A stretch of 64,000 nucleotides of DNA. Origin: Octopus vulgaris (lineage: Eukaryota). Of this stretch, positions 40,586-55,591 are shown one piece after another (position 1 is the stretch's first letter; every line of letters begins with the position of its first letter). The stretch lies in contig OX597814.1 of NCBI GenBank assembly GCA_951406725.2, positions 71,796,001-71,860,000 of the forward strand. Reading direction: 5' to 3'. The notes under the pieces are model-generated. The model did not search any database. It was not told the DNA's origin and saw only the letters and a program-made list of their open reading frames with translations. The position numbers and the translations under genes are program-made.

Positions 40586-41295
40586 AGAATTAACACTTCC
40601 TTCTCCAAGCCTAGATTCGAAACCGAATCCAAGAATTTTCGGTCTTCCAAACCACGACGATCAACAGGTGTGAAAACAGGTTTTCTTTGTCCTGTCAAAA
40701 ATTGATTGATCATCTCCCTTTGACCTGCAACCTCAGCATGTCAGGCGAAGTTCAACTGGACAGGGGCTGACCTATTTAGGTACAAACTCTGCTGCAGTAT
40801 GTCTCTCTTTCTAGCTGCCACTATTTGTTATAAATACGGTAGTGAATCAAGAAAGGAGGCAGACAAACGGGGCAGACAGACGAGATAGATCTATCTACGA
40901 CCCAAGGTTTTGGCAGACCGCAGAGACAGAGAAAATGTTCGAAGTGCCGATAGACTACTGTTTCAAATGAACAACGCACACACACAAACATATTCATTCC
41001 TGATATGACACCCACAAATGTACTCTGTATTTCTAACAACTCATAGCAGTTGCCAACATTTTGTATGTAGTGTACCTATAATGAATCAAACCCTGTAAAT
41101 AAATTCATTTCAATTATGAATCGGTTTACATATTTGTTTACATACACACTTAACCACTACATATATATGCACACATATATCTATATATATCCAAACACAC
41201 ACACATATATATATACACACAAACAAATCCATACATAGATATATATGAAAATATTTCATATAATATACGATATATATATATACACACACACACAT

Positions 41296-41793
41296 GTGGA
41301 GGCGCAATGACCCAGTGGTTAGGGCAGTCATTGGACTCGCAGTCATTGGATCACGGTTTTGATTCCCAGACCAGGCATTGTGAGCAAAAATCACTTAAAG
41401 CTCCACGAGGTTCCAGCTGGGGGTAGTGGTGTCCCTGCAGTACTCTTTCACCACAACTTTCTCTCACTCTTTCTTCCTGTATCTGTTGTACCTGTATTTC
41501 AAAGGGCCAGCCTTTTCACACTCTGTGTCACGCTGAATCTCCCCAAGAACTACGTTAAGGGTACACGTGTCTGTGGAGTGCTAAGCCACTTGCATGTTAA
41601 TAAATGAGCTGCGACATCACTGGTGCCAAGCTGTATCAGCCTTTGCCTTTCCCTTGGATAACATCGGTGACGTGGAGAGGGAAAGCTGGTATGCATGGGC
41701 GACTGCTGGTCTTTCATAAACAACCTTGACCAGACATGTGCCTCGGAGGGTAACTTTCCTGGTGCAATTCCATGGTCATTCATGACCGAAAGG
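41296..41793 (+). mobile_element. tRNA-derived SINE
   Basis: Head ggaggcgcaaTGACCCAGTGGttaggg (A-box-like) and GGTTTTGATTCCC (B-box-like), GC-richer body. Confidence 0.7.
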
Positions 41794-42475
41794 AGTCACA
41801 ATAATATATACATACATATATATAGATATATATACATATTTACATACATTCATATACCAATCGATGCATGTATATACAAATATTTAAGCAACACAAACAT
41901 ACACATATACATACATACAGATAGACATATCAAAATATTTAGATATAGACACTCATATATACTATATATACATATTATACATATATATTTATATTATACT
42001 AGCACCAGGTCTGTTTGGATGATGTGGCTGTGGTCGTTTTTGTTTAGGCATAATCTATAACAGCAATTCTCAACCATATCATTTCAGATCCCCTGTTCCA
42101 ATTTGAGCCTCCAGCTGTATGAGAATTTGCTGACTCCCCACCCCCTGTAAGAAAACACCATCAGGAGTTGCGAAGAACGAATTTATACGTAGTCTGTTTC
42201 TGAAAGCTGTTCTATTGCACCTCTGTCTAATCATTAAAACATTCATTCAATTATGAACATAGAAAGAAATTATACATTAATCCCAATTTTTGTAAGCAGT
42301 TGTATCCATAAAAAAATTTATTTGCAGAAAGCAGATATTGAAATAAGATATATGAAATTGACATGTATGTGTGTGAATGTGTGTGTATGCGTGTGTGTAT
42401 GAGAGAGAGAAAGAGGATGAAAAAGACAAATAGAGTGAGTGAGTGAAGGTACGTGTCGTGATGATCGTCTTTTAA

Positions 42476-43562
42476 CCCTTTCGTTACTATATTTCTGACC
42501 AAAATACACCCCTTATGTGTTTCAATTAATTTCTAACATAATCATAAATTTAGTCTGGTTTCATTAAACAACTATAACTTTTTTATTTATCAATATATTA
42601 ACGTAAAATTTGGAAGATAATTTAATGAAATGTCCTCAACCAATTCTATACTATAATTTTTGTCACAAAGTGACTCTAATTGCAGGTAGATACAGGTAAA
42701 TTCAACAAAATATAAAATTATTAAAATTTTGTTCAAACATCGCTATAGAAAATGGGTTATTAGCTAATATTCAATTGGGTATACAACAAAATTTTACGAT
42801 AGAATTTGTTATTCTGGGTAACTTTCTGATACCCATAATAATATTTATGGCAAAATAATCTTAATTTCATTTAAGGTTGTGGGAAACCACTAACTATCCT
42901 TTCTTTCGCTTTGTTTACATTTAGCGTAATGGTTTGTTTCTGCCGTAATGATTTCAAATAGGCTCATTCGAAAAAGTAAAAAGAAATAGTCTAAGGCTTT
43001 ACTCTCCTGGGAAAGTCTGTGGCTTGGTCCAGTTTCTTCAGAAAAATCACCGAAAGAAACAGTTTTTAATTTTCACTCCATTCAGGTGCCAATTCATTTT
43101 CTTTATCGCTGTCGGAGCTCTCGGATTCACTGTTTTCACTTTCGGAAAATGAAACATCAGATTCATTATCAAATACCACGTGCTTTTTTTTTTTTCAGTC
43201 ATAGAGTTAGATTTATGAAGGTCTTCAGTAGAAAATCCTTCGAATTCTGACTCGCTGCTTGATATAATGAAATTCGTATCCATTTTTTGTCAGAATTACA
43301 AATTTTGAAAACACAATAGGAACAAATTTCGGAAAAAAATCTCCTAAAATTCACGGAATTAAAATTACACTTCGATTGTTGTACAAAACTGTAGATGGAC
43401 TGTTTACGAAGTATAATACGTGTTTTCACGAATGTACTAAAGAGATTTGCTCTGATATTCTCATTTAAATATGAATAGGTAAATACGGGCAGGTTTGGGC
43501 GGTTTGGTCACATTAACCAAAATTTTTTTCGGGCAGCTTTGGGCGGTTTGGTAACGAAAGGG
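42476..43562 (-). mobile_element. Non-autonomous piggyBac derivative, copy 2
   Basis: TTAA TSDs, same TIRs, highly similar to 38480-39544. Confidence 0.9.
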
Positions 43563-44205
43563 TTAAGGTACACACACATACATAGAAAATGTTAGGTCAT
43601 CGTATAAAATTTTTACGATAGTTGATTTATGGAAAAGATTATTTAAAATTTTTGAAACGCAAATATGTGAATGGAAATTAAATTCAGACCTCTACATGGT
43701 AGACCTGACAGAAATAGCAGTCAAATCTCCTTCAAAACACCCTATTGTCTTAATCCAAAAATTCTGCCTATTATGCAGTTTGAAAGATTAAGATTATTAA
43801 CCCCACAAGAGGTGAAAGAAGAGAGAGAGCATAGCGAAAGTTTTGGTTGGCTGTCATACTGTACTCCCCTTGCTGCTAGAGAAATGGTGTATGCTGGCTG
43901 TGAAAGCAACTGGTTGTTTTAACAACGGAACAAACAGGGGAATTCCATTAGAAAACGTTATAATCGATTTTCTCGGTAAGTATGGGAGCTAGGAAAAAAA
44001 TACAAACTGCATTCCAATCTATGCACCCGTCTCCACCTGTGTGCCATTTTTCACATGAATGCACCCAGCCATTTGGCTGTGAACCTCAAGACAAAAAAGA
44101 ATACGATGATCGCCAATGTCCAATTTATATAATAGATATATAAGAATTACATATATAATATTTATATTATATACATATGTATTATATATATATATTATAT
44201 AATAT

Positions 44206-47200
44206 CATCGTCATCATCATCATTTAATGTTCACATTCCATTCTAGCATGGATTGGACAATTTGACTGAGGTCTGGCAAACCAGAAGGCTGCACCAAGTT
44301 CCAATCTCGATCTGGCAGAGTTTCTACAGCTGGATACCCTTCCTAACGCCAACCACTCTGAGAGTGTAGTGGGTGCTTTTACATGCCACCGGCACGAGGA
44401 CCAGTGAGGCAGTACTGGCAACAGCCATGCTCAAATGGTGATTTTTACATGCCACCTGCACAGGAGCCAGTCCAGTGGCACTGGCAACGACTTCGCTCGA
44501 ATGTTTTTTCACATACCACCAGCACAAGTGCCAGTAAGGCAATGATGGTAACAATCACACTCGAATGGTATGTTTTTTTTACGTGCCAGTAAGGTGACAC
44601 TGGTAACAATCACACACGAATGGTGCTTTTTATGTACTACCGGAATGGAAGCCAGTTAGTAGCTCTGGCAACGATCACACTCGGATGGTGCTCTTAGTGC
44701 TCCACTAGCAGAGATACCAGTCATCGAATTTGATTTCGATTTCACTTCCCTCAACAGCTAGAGTGTGGCACTTTTTCACACAGCTGTCCTCATCCATTCT
44801 CACCACATGACCATACCAGCACAGTCGTCTCTCTTGCACACCACATTTGATGCTTCTTAGGTCCAACTTTTTTCTCAAGGTACTAATACTCTGTTGAGTA
44901 TGCACACTGACATTACACATCCATCGGATCATACTGGCTTCATTCCTTGCGAGCTTACGCATGCCCTCAGCAGTCACAGCCCATATTTCACTGCCATGTA
45001 GCATGGCTGTTCTTACACATGATTCATACAGTTTATCATTTACTCTGAGAGAGAGGCCCTTTATCATCAGCAGAGGTAAGAGCTCTCTGAACTTTGACAG
45101 GCTATTCTTATTCTAGCAGCTACACTTTCAGCGCACCCTTCCTCCGCTACTGACTTGATCACCGAGGTAATGGAAGCTATCAACTACTTCTAGTTTTTCT
45201 CCCTGGAATGTGGCAGAGGTTGTTCTCTACACATTTTCAGTGTTTATCTTTGATTCTAATCCTTGTTTCCACACCTGAAACTTTTCCGCGAGTTCTGATA
45301 GTGACTCAGCAATTAGAGCAAGGTTGTCAGCACAGAGGAGCTCCCAGGGGCATCAGGTCTTGAATTCCTCTGTTATTTTCTGGAGGACTATGATAAATAG
45401 GAGGGGGTTAAAGACTGATCCTTGGTGGACACCTAATTCTACCCGGAATTCTTCATTGTACTCGTTGCCAACCCTCGCCTTACTGACAGCATCCCTGTAC
45501 ATAGCTTGTACAGCTCTCACTAACCACTTATCTATCCCTAGTTTCTGTATTGATCACCAGATAAGGGATCAGGGGAGCTTGTCAAAGGCTTTCTGCATGT
45601 CAACAAAACCAGGTACATAGGTTTATCTTTGGCTAGGTATTTCTCCTGTAACTGTCTTACCAGACATATAGCATCAGTGGTGCTTTTCCCTGGCACAAAT
45701 CCAAACTTCATCTCGTCTAAAATTACTCTCTCCTTAAGTAGTTGGGCTATGACCCTCTCCATGACTTTCATTACCTGGTCCAACAACTTGATACCTCTGT
45801 AATTATTTGTATCTAATGCATCACCTTTACCTTTGTAACAGTTGACTATGGGTGTTGCTACACCAGTCATTGGGCATGACTCCTTCATGTATCACCTGAT
45901 TGACTATACAGGTGATGACACTATAGACGACACTACCAGATATTTTAAGCGTCTCTGCGGTGATTCCTGATGGGCCAAGTGCTTTCCCTGCCTTGAAACC
46001 CTTAATTGCTTTATCTCCCAAAGTACTGTCAATTCGGATAGCTGTTCCTTTTGTTGGGTCAACATTCGGCAGTCTCTGTTTCTCCCATTCATTCTCGTCA
46101 TTTAGCAACCTTTCATAGTGGCCTCACAAGTATCTCTCTTTACAGCCTCATTAAACACAAGTGAGCCATCATCCATGCAGACACATTTCTCTCCTACCAC
46201 ATCACGACTCTCTCACACTGTCTTGCAACACAAAATACCTCAAGTCTTTCATCCTCACAGCGCAGAACATTGGCAAATTTTTTCTTATCTGCTTCCCCTG
46301 TGGCTAAATACACCTGCCTCCTAGCTTCCCTTCTGGCAGTCTGATACACTTCCCTGCTACCACCGTTCTTCCAGTCCTTCCAAGCCTGTTTCTTTTCTCT
46401 AATAGCCTTGTTACAACATTGTTCCACCACCATGTTATTTTGGGTCTTGAAGGGACTTTGCACCATCCACAGATCTGGTCAGTGGCTCTCAGCAGGTTGT
46501 CCCTTAGAAACCTCCAGTTGTCTTCTACCCCATGTGAAGCTATATCCCCTTCTATTTCGTCAAAGGCTTCGAGTAATATGTCTCTAAATCTCTGCCCATT
46601 CGTAGGATCTTTAAGCTTCCAGACCCTTCTACTCCATGTTGGTCGTCTTCTGGTTGTCCTCTTAGTCCTGATCCTAAAGTCACTAACTACCAGTCTATGT
46701 TGTGGGGTACACTCTTCGCCTGGGAAGGTTTTGGCATGTATAAGCAGCCATCTTTCCCTTTTTCTGGCAAGGATGTAGTCAATTTGGCTAGTATGTCGGC
46801 CCGATCGGTAGGTGACTAGGTGGCTGGTAGGTTTCCTGAAGTTAGTGTTGCAAACCATAAGATCATTCGCATGGCAGAACTCCAGAAGCCTCGTTCCCTC
46901 CTCGTTGCGGGAACCATAACTGTAGCCCCCATGTATGCCATGGAAGTCCCCAGCATGTTGTTCAACATGCCTATTGAAGTCACCAGCCACAAAGAGAAGG
47001 CCCCTGTTGTTTGTTGATGAGGTAGTCTGCAGTAGGGCGTCACAGAATCGGTCTTTCTGTCCATCGGGTAGCCCTGGCTGAGGGGCATGGGCCGATATAA
47101 TGGTTGCTAATCCATGATGAAGCACTAATCTTATCTTAAATATTCTGTTGCATACTCTGACTACCTCAATTACCTTATCTACCCATTTTTCAGCGAGAAG

Positions 47201-47700
47201 TATACCCACGCCCCCGACCCCGTCAGTGTTCCCAGCCCAGAAAATCTTGTACCTGTGTTCTTTGCCTGTGAGGAACCTAGTAGAGCCTCCTCTCCACCTC
47301 ACTTCTTGAATGTAACACATATCAACACATCTCTGTTCAAGCAACTCAACAATCTCGCCAGACTTATCTTTCAGTGTGCCAACCCTGAGGGTGTGGGAGG
47401 TGTGGGCCCTAGGGACCTTAGGACAGGGGACAGTAGCTTCATGTACCTGAAAAGAAAACTTGCATTTGGCAGGATTCATAGACAAACACTAGACTTAAGT
47501 TCAAACCGCGTACACTACACTATCATATTTTGCACTGTATGATCATTACCTTATATAGCAGTGGGTGGGGGTGGCGTAAGACTTTTGAAGTGTTCATGGG
47601 AGACAACTAAGGATGACAAAATTGGGACTTCCGGTAAAGGTAGAGGGCAGGTGCACCGCGAAAACTAGCAGCCATGAAGGGGCGCATCTCATCTCTTGGA
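44206..47700 (-). mobile_element. Apparently full-length, frameshifted RTE LINE
   Basis: 393-aa AP-endonuclease ORF 46304-47485 (IQEVRWRG, VAGDFN, SQIDYIL, QHRLVV), RT pieces, UTR repeats, (CAT)n; 5' boundary approximate. Confidence 0.92.
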
Positions 47701-48216
47701 GAAGGAATACTCCGTTGTAGGTATTAAGAGACATAATTCAGAGATATGTTGCAGATTTAGGGGAGAGGCATGAGCTAAGTTTATCTTAGACATCAATAAG
47801 TAAGAGGAACTATAGAATTATATATATGAGGCCTGAAGCAGAATTAGACAGAGTAAAACAGAATAGAGATAAACTAACAGGGTTAAATCTTAGACATTGA
47901 TAAGTAAGAGGAGCTATAGAATTATATATTTAACATGAGACGTGAAGCTGAAATAGACAGAGTATATATATATAATATAAATATACTATACATATCATAT
48001 ATATATATATTTTGCATAATGTATTCTTTTTTTATTTGTTTCAGTCATTTGATTATGGCCACGCTGGAGCACCGTCTTTAGTCTGGCAAATCAACCCTAG
48101 AACTTATTGTACATACATTTAATATATATATATACATACATTTAATATCTATATAAAAATGATCTTGATGCCTCTGATAAGGTTCGAAATTCGATTAAGG
48201 TTGTTCATCGTTTATA

Positions 48217-48617
48217 GGCGCAGGAGTGGTGTGCGGTAAGTAGCTAGCTTACCAACCACATGGTTCCGGGTTCATTCCCACTGCATGGCACCTTGGACAA
48301 GTGTTTTCTACTATAGTCTTGGGCCAACCAAGCCTTGTGAGTGGATTTGATAGACGGAAACTGAAATAAGCCCATTGTATATAGGTATATGTATGTGCAT
48401 GAATATGTTTGTGTATCTGTGTTTGTCCCCCCAACATCGCTTGACAACCGATGCTGGTGTGTTTACATACTCGTAACTTAGTGGTGAGGCAAAAGAGACC
48501 AATAGAATAAGTACTAGGCTTCCAAAGAATAAGTCCTGGGATCGATTTGCTCGACTAAAGGCGCTGCTCCAGCATGGCCGCAGTCAAATGACTGAAACAA
48601 GTAAAAGAGTAAAAGAG
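48217..48617 (+). mobile_element. Full-length tRNA-derived SINE (octopus-type)
   Basis: ggcgcaggagtgg...GGTTCATTCCC head; gtgagtggatttgatagacggaaactgaa body; gactgaaacaagtaaaagagtaaaagag tail; inverted tail fragment at 48020-48110. Confidence 0.78.
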
Positions 48618-48627
48618 TATATATATA

Positions 48628-49180
48628 GTGACGCATATTTGCCATTTCAATATGGCTACCCCTAAGGGTGGATGCTACTGTTGTTTTTAGCCCCAGGAGG
48701 ACACACTCTTCCAGCTGGCCATAGACACACTTTCTGTGCCCTGTCAGTATTTGCAAAGGGAAGTCATCCTTCCCGTCTTCAACTTATGATACACACGGAC
48801 TTGAGTTTCGAGGTATTGACCTCTCGTCAGCATGTGACAATCATAGTTGTCGCTGAGAATTAGATTTCCTTCACAAATACTTATACTTTTTCCAGCGTCC
48901 ACTGTCGCTGATATTGAAAAAGTGAAATCAAACAATGATAAATATCAAAGTGAGTTATATACAGTAGCGGTAACACATCGTGACGCATATTTGCCATTTC
49001 AATATGGCTACCCCTAAGGGTGGATGCCACTGTAGTTTTTAGCCCCAGGAGGACACACTCCTCCAGCTGGCCATAGACACACTTTCTGTGCCCTGTCAGT
49101 ATTTGCAAAGGGAAGTCATCCTTCCCGTCTTCAACTTATGATACACACGGACTCGAGTTTCGAGGTATTGACCTCTCGTC
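48628..49180 (-). mobile_element. Retrozyme-like tandem repeat, about 1.6 copies of a 352-nt unit
   Basis: 48628 recurs at 48980; hammerhead in each unit (the upstream one truncated); homologous to 15703-16316. Confidence 0.82.
48792..48836 (-). ncRNA. Type I hammerhead ribozyme, predicted cleavage between 48798 and 48797
   Basis: CACATG-CTGACGA-GAGG tcaata CCTC-GAAAC tcaa GTC-CGTGTG. Confidence 0.87.
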
Positions 49181-49209
49181 CTCCTGGGGCTAAAAACTAC
49201 AGTAGCATC

Positions 49210-50330
49210 TCAAAGTTTCTATGTCGATTTCTGTTGCAAGTCTGATCTCATCCTCTATGAGTTGAGCTGGGTAGTGTCTGTCAATTAGGGTGTTTTTGAG
49301 TTCTTGTAGTCTAAAGTTCCTGGTATTTTGTTCTGACACTATTGTGCATATCCTTCTTGCAAGGTTGAAATGGATGTTTGTTTTAGTGTGTCTTGGGTGG
49401 CATGAATCAAAAAGTAGGTATTGTTTGGCATCTGTGGCTTTGTAAAAAATGTCTGTTTCTATTTTAAAGTTAATTTTTTAAATTAGTATATCTAAGAATG
49501 GAAGCTCCTTTTGGTTGTATTCCATTGTGAACTGTATATTTGGATTGATGCTGTTCAATAGGTTTTTGAATTTTAGGAGTTTATCTGTGTTTTCATTCCA
49601 GAGTATAAAACAATCGTCCAGGAATCGTTTCCAATTCTCTTTTATGTATTGAGAGAGAGGGTTTCCAAAGATTGATAAAGATTCCTGGTAAACAACTATT
49701 TCCAGGTAGCCCATTGTTAGGTTTGCAATGACTGGTGCTGCCCTTGTACCCATAGCAATTCCGGATTTTTGACGGTAAAATGTATTGTCAAACATGAAGT
49801 GGTTATTATGCAGGATGAATTCAACCGATTTAGTAATGAATTCTTCACTGATCCTTTTTGGCTGCCACCATAACTACGTGGGGTCCACGGTACTATCACT
49901 CAGACGAAGATGCACACTGCATCGACAACAGATAGCATTCCCAGAATACAGAATGATACCCTTTAGTGAGCATATTGAGAAATGCGCAAAGTAACTACTA
50001 CCACTATTTTTAATCTTTCCATTTTATCAATGTGCTATTGGAACACCAACACAAATTAGACTAAACAAGGAAACATTCTTCATTGAAAAATATAAGCCCA
50101 AACTTAACCACTCTAACATTCTTATACAGAGAAACTCACAGCTTTAAGTAAAAGAGGCAAGAAATATAAAGCGATTATCTTCCTTACACCGGAAGAAATC
50201 CCTTCTTACCTCCAATTACCTGGAACTCTTCTTTACACTTCATAACGAAGTCGTAACACAATGTTTTGAGAAATTTGAAAAGTTAACACGAAACCGGTAA
50301 TTTCTTCAAGAACTATGTCACTGTATGAAA
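49210..50330. mobile_element. Penelope-like element with internal inversion: RT on minus (49210-49860), GIY-YIG and 3' end on plus (49861-50330)
   Basis: FYRQKSGIAMGTRAAPVIANL, WKRFLDDCF, LPFLDILI (minus); YVGSTVLSLRRRCTLH, RLNKETFFIEKYKPKLN (plus); decayed minimal HHR at 50268-50306. Confidence 0.85.
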
Positions 50331-50544
50331 AAATTTTATAACATTCTTCTGAGATAATGACTCAAATATATTTTTTTACCCTTTAAAACAAGCCTTCTGC
50401 ATATACATATATATATACATATACATATACATATATATATACATATATATATACATATATATATACATATACATATACATATATATATACATATATATAT
50501 ATATATACACATATATAAATACATATATATATATATACATATAA

Positions 50545-50585
<41 letters not shown>

Positions 50586-50620
50586 TAAATACATATATAT
50601 ATATATACATATAAATATAC

Positions 50621-50653
<33 letters not shown>

Positions 50654-50746
50654 TTATATACACATATATAAATACATATATATATACATATATATAAATA
50701 CATATATATATATATATACATATAAATATACATATATATATACACA

Positions 50747-50780
<34 letters not shown>

Positions 50781-51046
50781 ATAAATACATATATATATAC
50801 ATATATATATACATACATACATATATATATATATGCATACATATATATATATACATATTTATATACATATATATATACTTATATACATATATATATATAC
50901 ATATTTATATACATATATATATACTTATATACATATATATATATATACATACATATATATATACATATATATATACATACATATATATATACATATATAT
51001 ATACATACATATATATATACATATATATATATATACATATATATAC

Positions 51047-51221
<175 letters not shown>

Positions 51222-51249
51222 CATATATATATACATATATATATACATA

Positions 51250-51316
<67 letters not shown>

Positions 51317-51321
51317 TATAC

Positions 51322-51374
<53 letters not shown>

Positions 51375-51415
51375 TATACATATATATATACATATATATA
51401 TATATACATATATAC

Positions 51416-51530
<115 letters not shown>

Positions 51531-51535
51531 TATAC

Positions 51536-51650
<115 letters not shown>

Positions 51651-51687
51651 TATACACATACACACATATATATACACACATACACAC

Positions 51688-51734
<47 letters not shown>

Positions 51735-51748
51735 TATATACATATATA

Positions 51749-51791
<43 letters not shown>

Positions 51792-52198
51792 TATATACAT
51801 ATATATACATATACACATATATATATATACATATATATACATATATATATATATACACATATATACACATATATATATATATACACATATATATATATAC
51901 ATATATATACATACATATATATACATATATATATATATACACATATATATATACATATATATATATATACACATATATATATACATATATATATATATAC
52001 ATATATATATACATATATATATATATACACATATATATATATACATACATATATATATACACATATATATATATATACACATATATATATATACATACAT
52101 ATATATATATATATATATACACATATATATATACATACATATATATATATATACACATATATATATATATACATATATATACATATATATATAAATAT

Positions 52199-53242
52199 TG
52201 TTACAAAGGTGGGGAGCATCCGAAAACCGTTACGGAAATCCTCACACACATGCCCGATTCGATCAGCGAATAAGCTACGGAAACTCGGAGAGAGAGGAGA
52301 GGAGAGACGCAACAACAGCAAGGCAACAGAGACACAGAGAGGCAACCGGAGAGAGACACCAAAAGAGGCAAAACGGCAACAACTGGCAACACTGGCTTAT
52401 ATTCAACAACTAGTTTATATGACAATCAATGGTTACAACATCAAAGCATTTAAGGCAAACAACAAATCAATACATCATACGGGTATACCACAGATCAAAA
52501 GCATTTAACAACATACATGTAACAATATATCAGTCCGGAGACACAACAAGTCATATACAGTATTCCAAAGGTACACGTTACGTCACAGTCCAATCAGAAC
52601 ACTATAATCGACACATTATACAATGTTCGTATCACAACAATTCACGTTACAGTTCAAAGTTCATTATCGTCTACATCAGAGTCCTTCTGTTTCTCTCTTC
52701 TTTTCTCTTTCTTTTCTTTTACATCGTAACACGTATCAATACAATTAAATACCTTAGTTCCCAATTGAAGCGCCAGTGTCCCATTCTGCACTCATCTCTC
52801 AATACTGCTAATTCCTCTGTACATATTCCCTTCTGTGCTGCCAAGCTTTCTCGCATCCCAACCTGCTTGCTCCTAAGATTCCACCTCCTTGCCGACTTCC
52901 AGAATCCGACTGTGTTCTCTGACGACCGGCTCCCAACTGCCCAAAACCTCACTTCCTTGTCCTCACTTCCACTCCCTCTAATCTCCCTCTGTACTGCTCA
53001 TACCCTCTCTAACTGCCCTGCTCCCTTACTGTCAATACACTCTCCATCTGTTCTTAGATTCCCTTAATCTGTCTTCCTCTTTCACATTCCCACTGACCAT
53101 CTTCTCAGCCGCACGAGGTGACAGGTCATTCCAAAACCCATTAGTCCTCCATTAGACAAAAGACTGTCACATTTTCACCAGACATGATAGTGCCATTATT
53201 CCTATGTGGGTCAGAAACACTGCACTAGTTAAACCCGTAACA
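52199..53242. mobile_element. Probable solo LTR (about 1044 bp)
   Basis: TGTTAC...GTAACA termini, ATAT on both sides, no coding similarity seen. Confidence 0.65.
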
Positions 53243-53277
<35 letters not shown>

Positions 53278-53324
53278 CATATATATATACATAAATATAT
53301 ACATATATATATACATATATATAT

Positions 53325-53357
<33 letters not shown>

Positions 53358-53614
53358 TGTATATACATATATATATACACATATATATATACACATATAT
53401 ATATACATATATATATATACATATATATATACAAATATATATATATACATATATATATACATATATACATATATATATATATATACATATATACAAATAT
53501 ATATACATATATACATATATACAAATATATATACATATATATATACATATATATATACATATATACAAATATATATACATATATATATACATATATATAT
53601 ACATATATATATAC

Positions 53615-53683
<69 letters not shown>

Positions 53684-53862
53684 TATATACATATATATAT
53701 ATACATATATACATATATATATATACATATATACATATATATATATACATATATACATATATATATACATATATATACATATATATATACATATATATAC
53801 ATATATATATATACATATATATATACATGTATATATACATATATATATACATGTATATATAC

Positions 53863-53895
<33 letters not shown>

Positions 53896-54703
53896 CATAT
53901 ATATACATATATATATATACATATATATATATATACATATATATATATACATATATATATACACATATATATACATATATATATATACATATATATATAC
54001 ATATATATACGTATACATATATATATATATATACATATATATACATACATATATATACATATATATATATACGTATACATATATATATATATACGTATAC
54101 ATATATATATATACATATATATACATATATATATATACATATATATTCATATATATACATAAACATATATATACATATATATATATATACATATATATAT
54201 ACATATACATATATACATATATATATACATATACATATATATATATACATATATATATATACATATATATACATATATACATATATATATACATTTACAT
54301 ATACATATATATATACATATATATATACATTTACATATATATATATATATATATATACATATATATATACATATATATATACATATACATATATATACAT
54401 ATATATATATACATATATATATACATATACATATATATATATATACATATATATATACATATAATATATACATATACATATATATATACATATATATATA
54501 TACATATATAAACATATATATATACACATATATATATATATACATATATATATATAAAGATATGTATATATACATATATATATACATATATATATACATA
54601 TATATATACATATATATATATATACATATATATATACATATATATATACATATATATATACATATATATATACATATATATATATACATATATATATATA
54701 TGC

Positions 54704-54846
<143 letters not shown>

Positions 54847-54884
54847 CATATATATATACATATACATATATATATACATATATA

Positions 54885-55145
54885 ACTGCTCTCAGTTATG
54901 GTCACCGTCCAGTGTCAAGTTGATCACAGAGCTCGAGGCGATCCAACGTAGCTACATGAAGAAGATAGCCTCTACGCAGAATGTAAGCTACTGGGAAAGA
55001 CTCAAGAGATTAAAACTATATTTCCTGGAGCGTAGGCGGTAAAGATATACCATAATATACATCTGGAAGATCCTGGAGGGACGTGTCCTAAACTTTGGCA
55101 TCGAGAGTTACGCAAATGCCAGAACTGGGCGCCACTGCGCTGCAA
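54885..55145 (+). mobile_element. CR1-group LINE fragment, same family as 58647-60382
   Basis: [33 protein letters not shown]. Confidence 0.85.
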
Positions 55146-55156
55146 TTGTTATATAC

Positions 55157-55187
<31 letters not shown>

Positions 55188-55208
55188 TGTATACATAAAT
55201 ATATACAC

Positions 55209-55243
<35 letters not shown>

Positions 55244-55398
55244 CATGTATATATATACACATATATATATATACATATATATATATACATATATATATAC
55301 ATATATATATATACATATATATATATACATATATATATATACATTTATATATATACATATATATATATACATATATATATACATATATATATACACAC

Positions 55399-55440
<42 letters not shown>

Positions 55441-55464
55441 ATATATATACATATATATATACAC

Positions 55465-55495
<31 letters not shown>

Positions 55496-55510
55496 CATAT
55501 ATATATACAT

Positions 55511-55559
<49 letters not shown>

Positions 55560-55560
55560 C

Positions 55561-55591
<31 letters not shown>

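Noticed and set aside
40940-41010. Minus-strand GAAAC agta GTC after a hairpin
   Set aside because: No CUGANGA box; at best a fully decayed HHR
41296-41380. tRNA gene
   Set aside because: Only A/B-box-like motifs with no full cloverleaf; continues into a SINE body
47485-47720. HDV-like ribozyme expected in some RTE 5' UTRs
   Set aside because: Could not build the nested double pseudoknot by eye; not excluded
48170-48200. Minimal hammerhead-like CTGATAA..GAAA
   Set aside because: G8 missing and stems II and III cannot be formed convincingly
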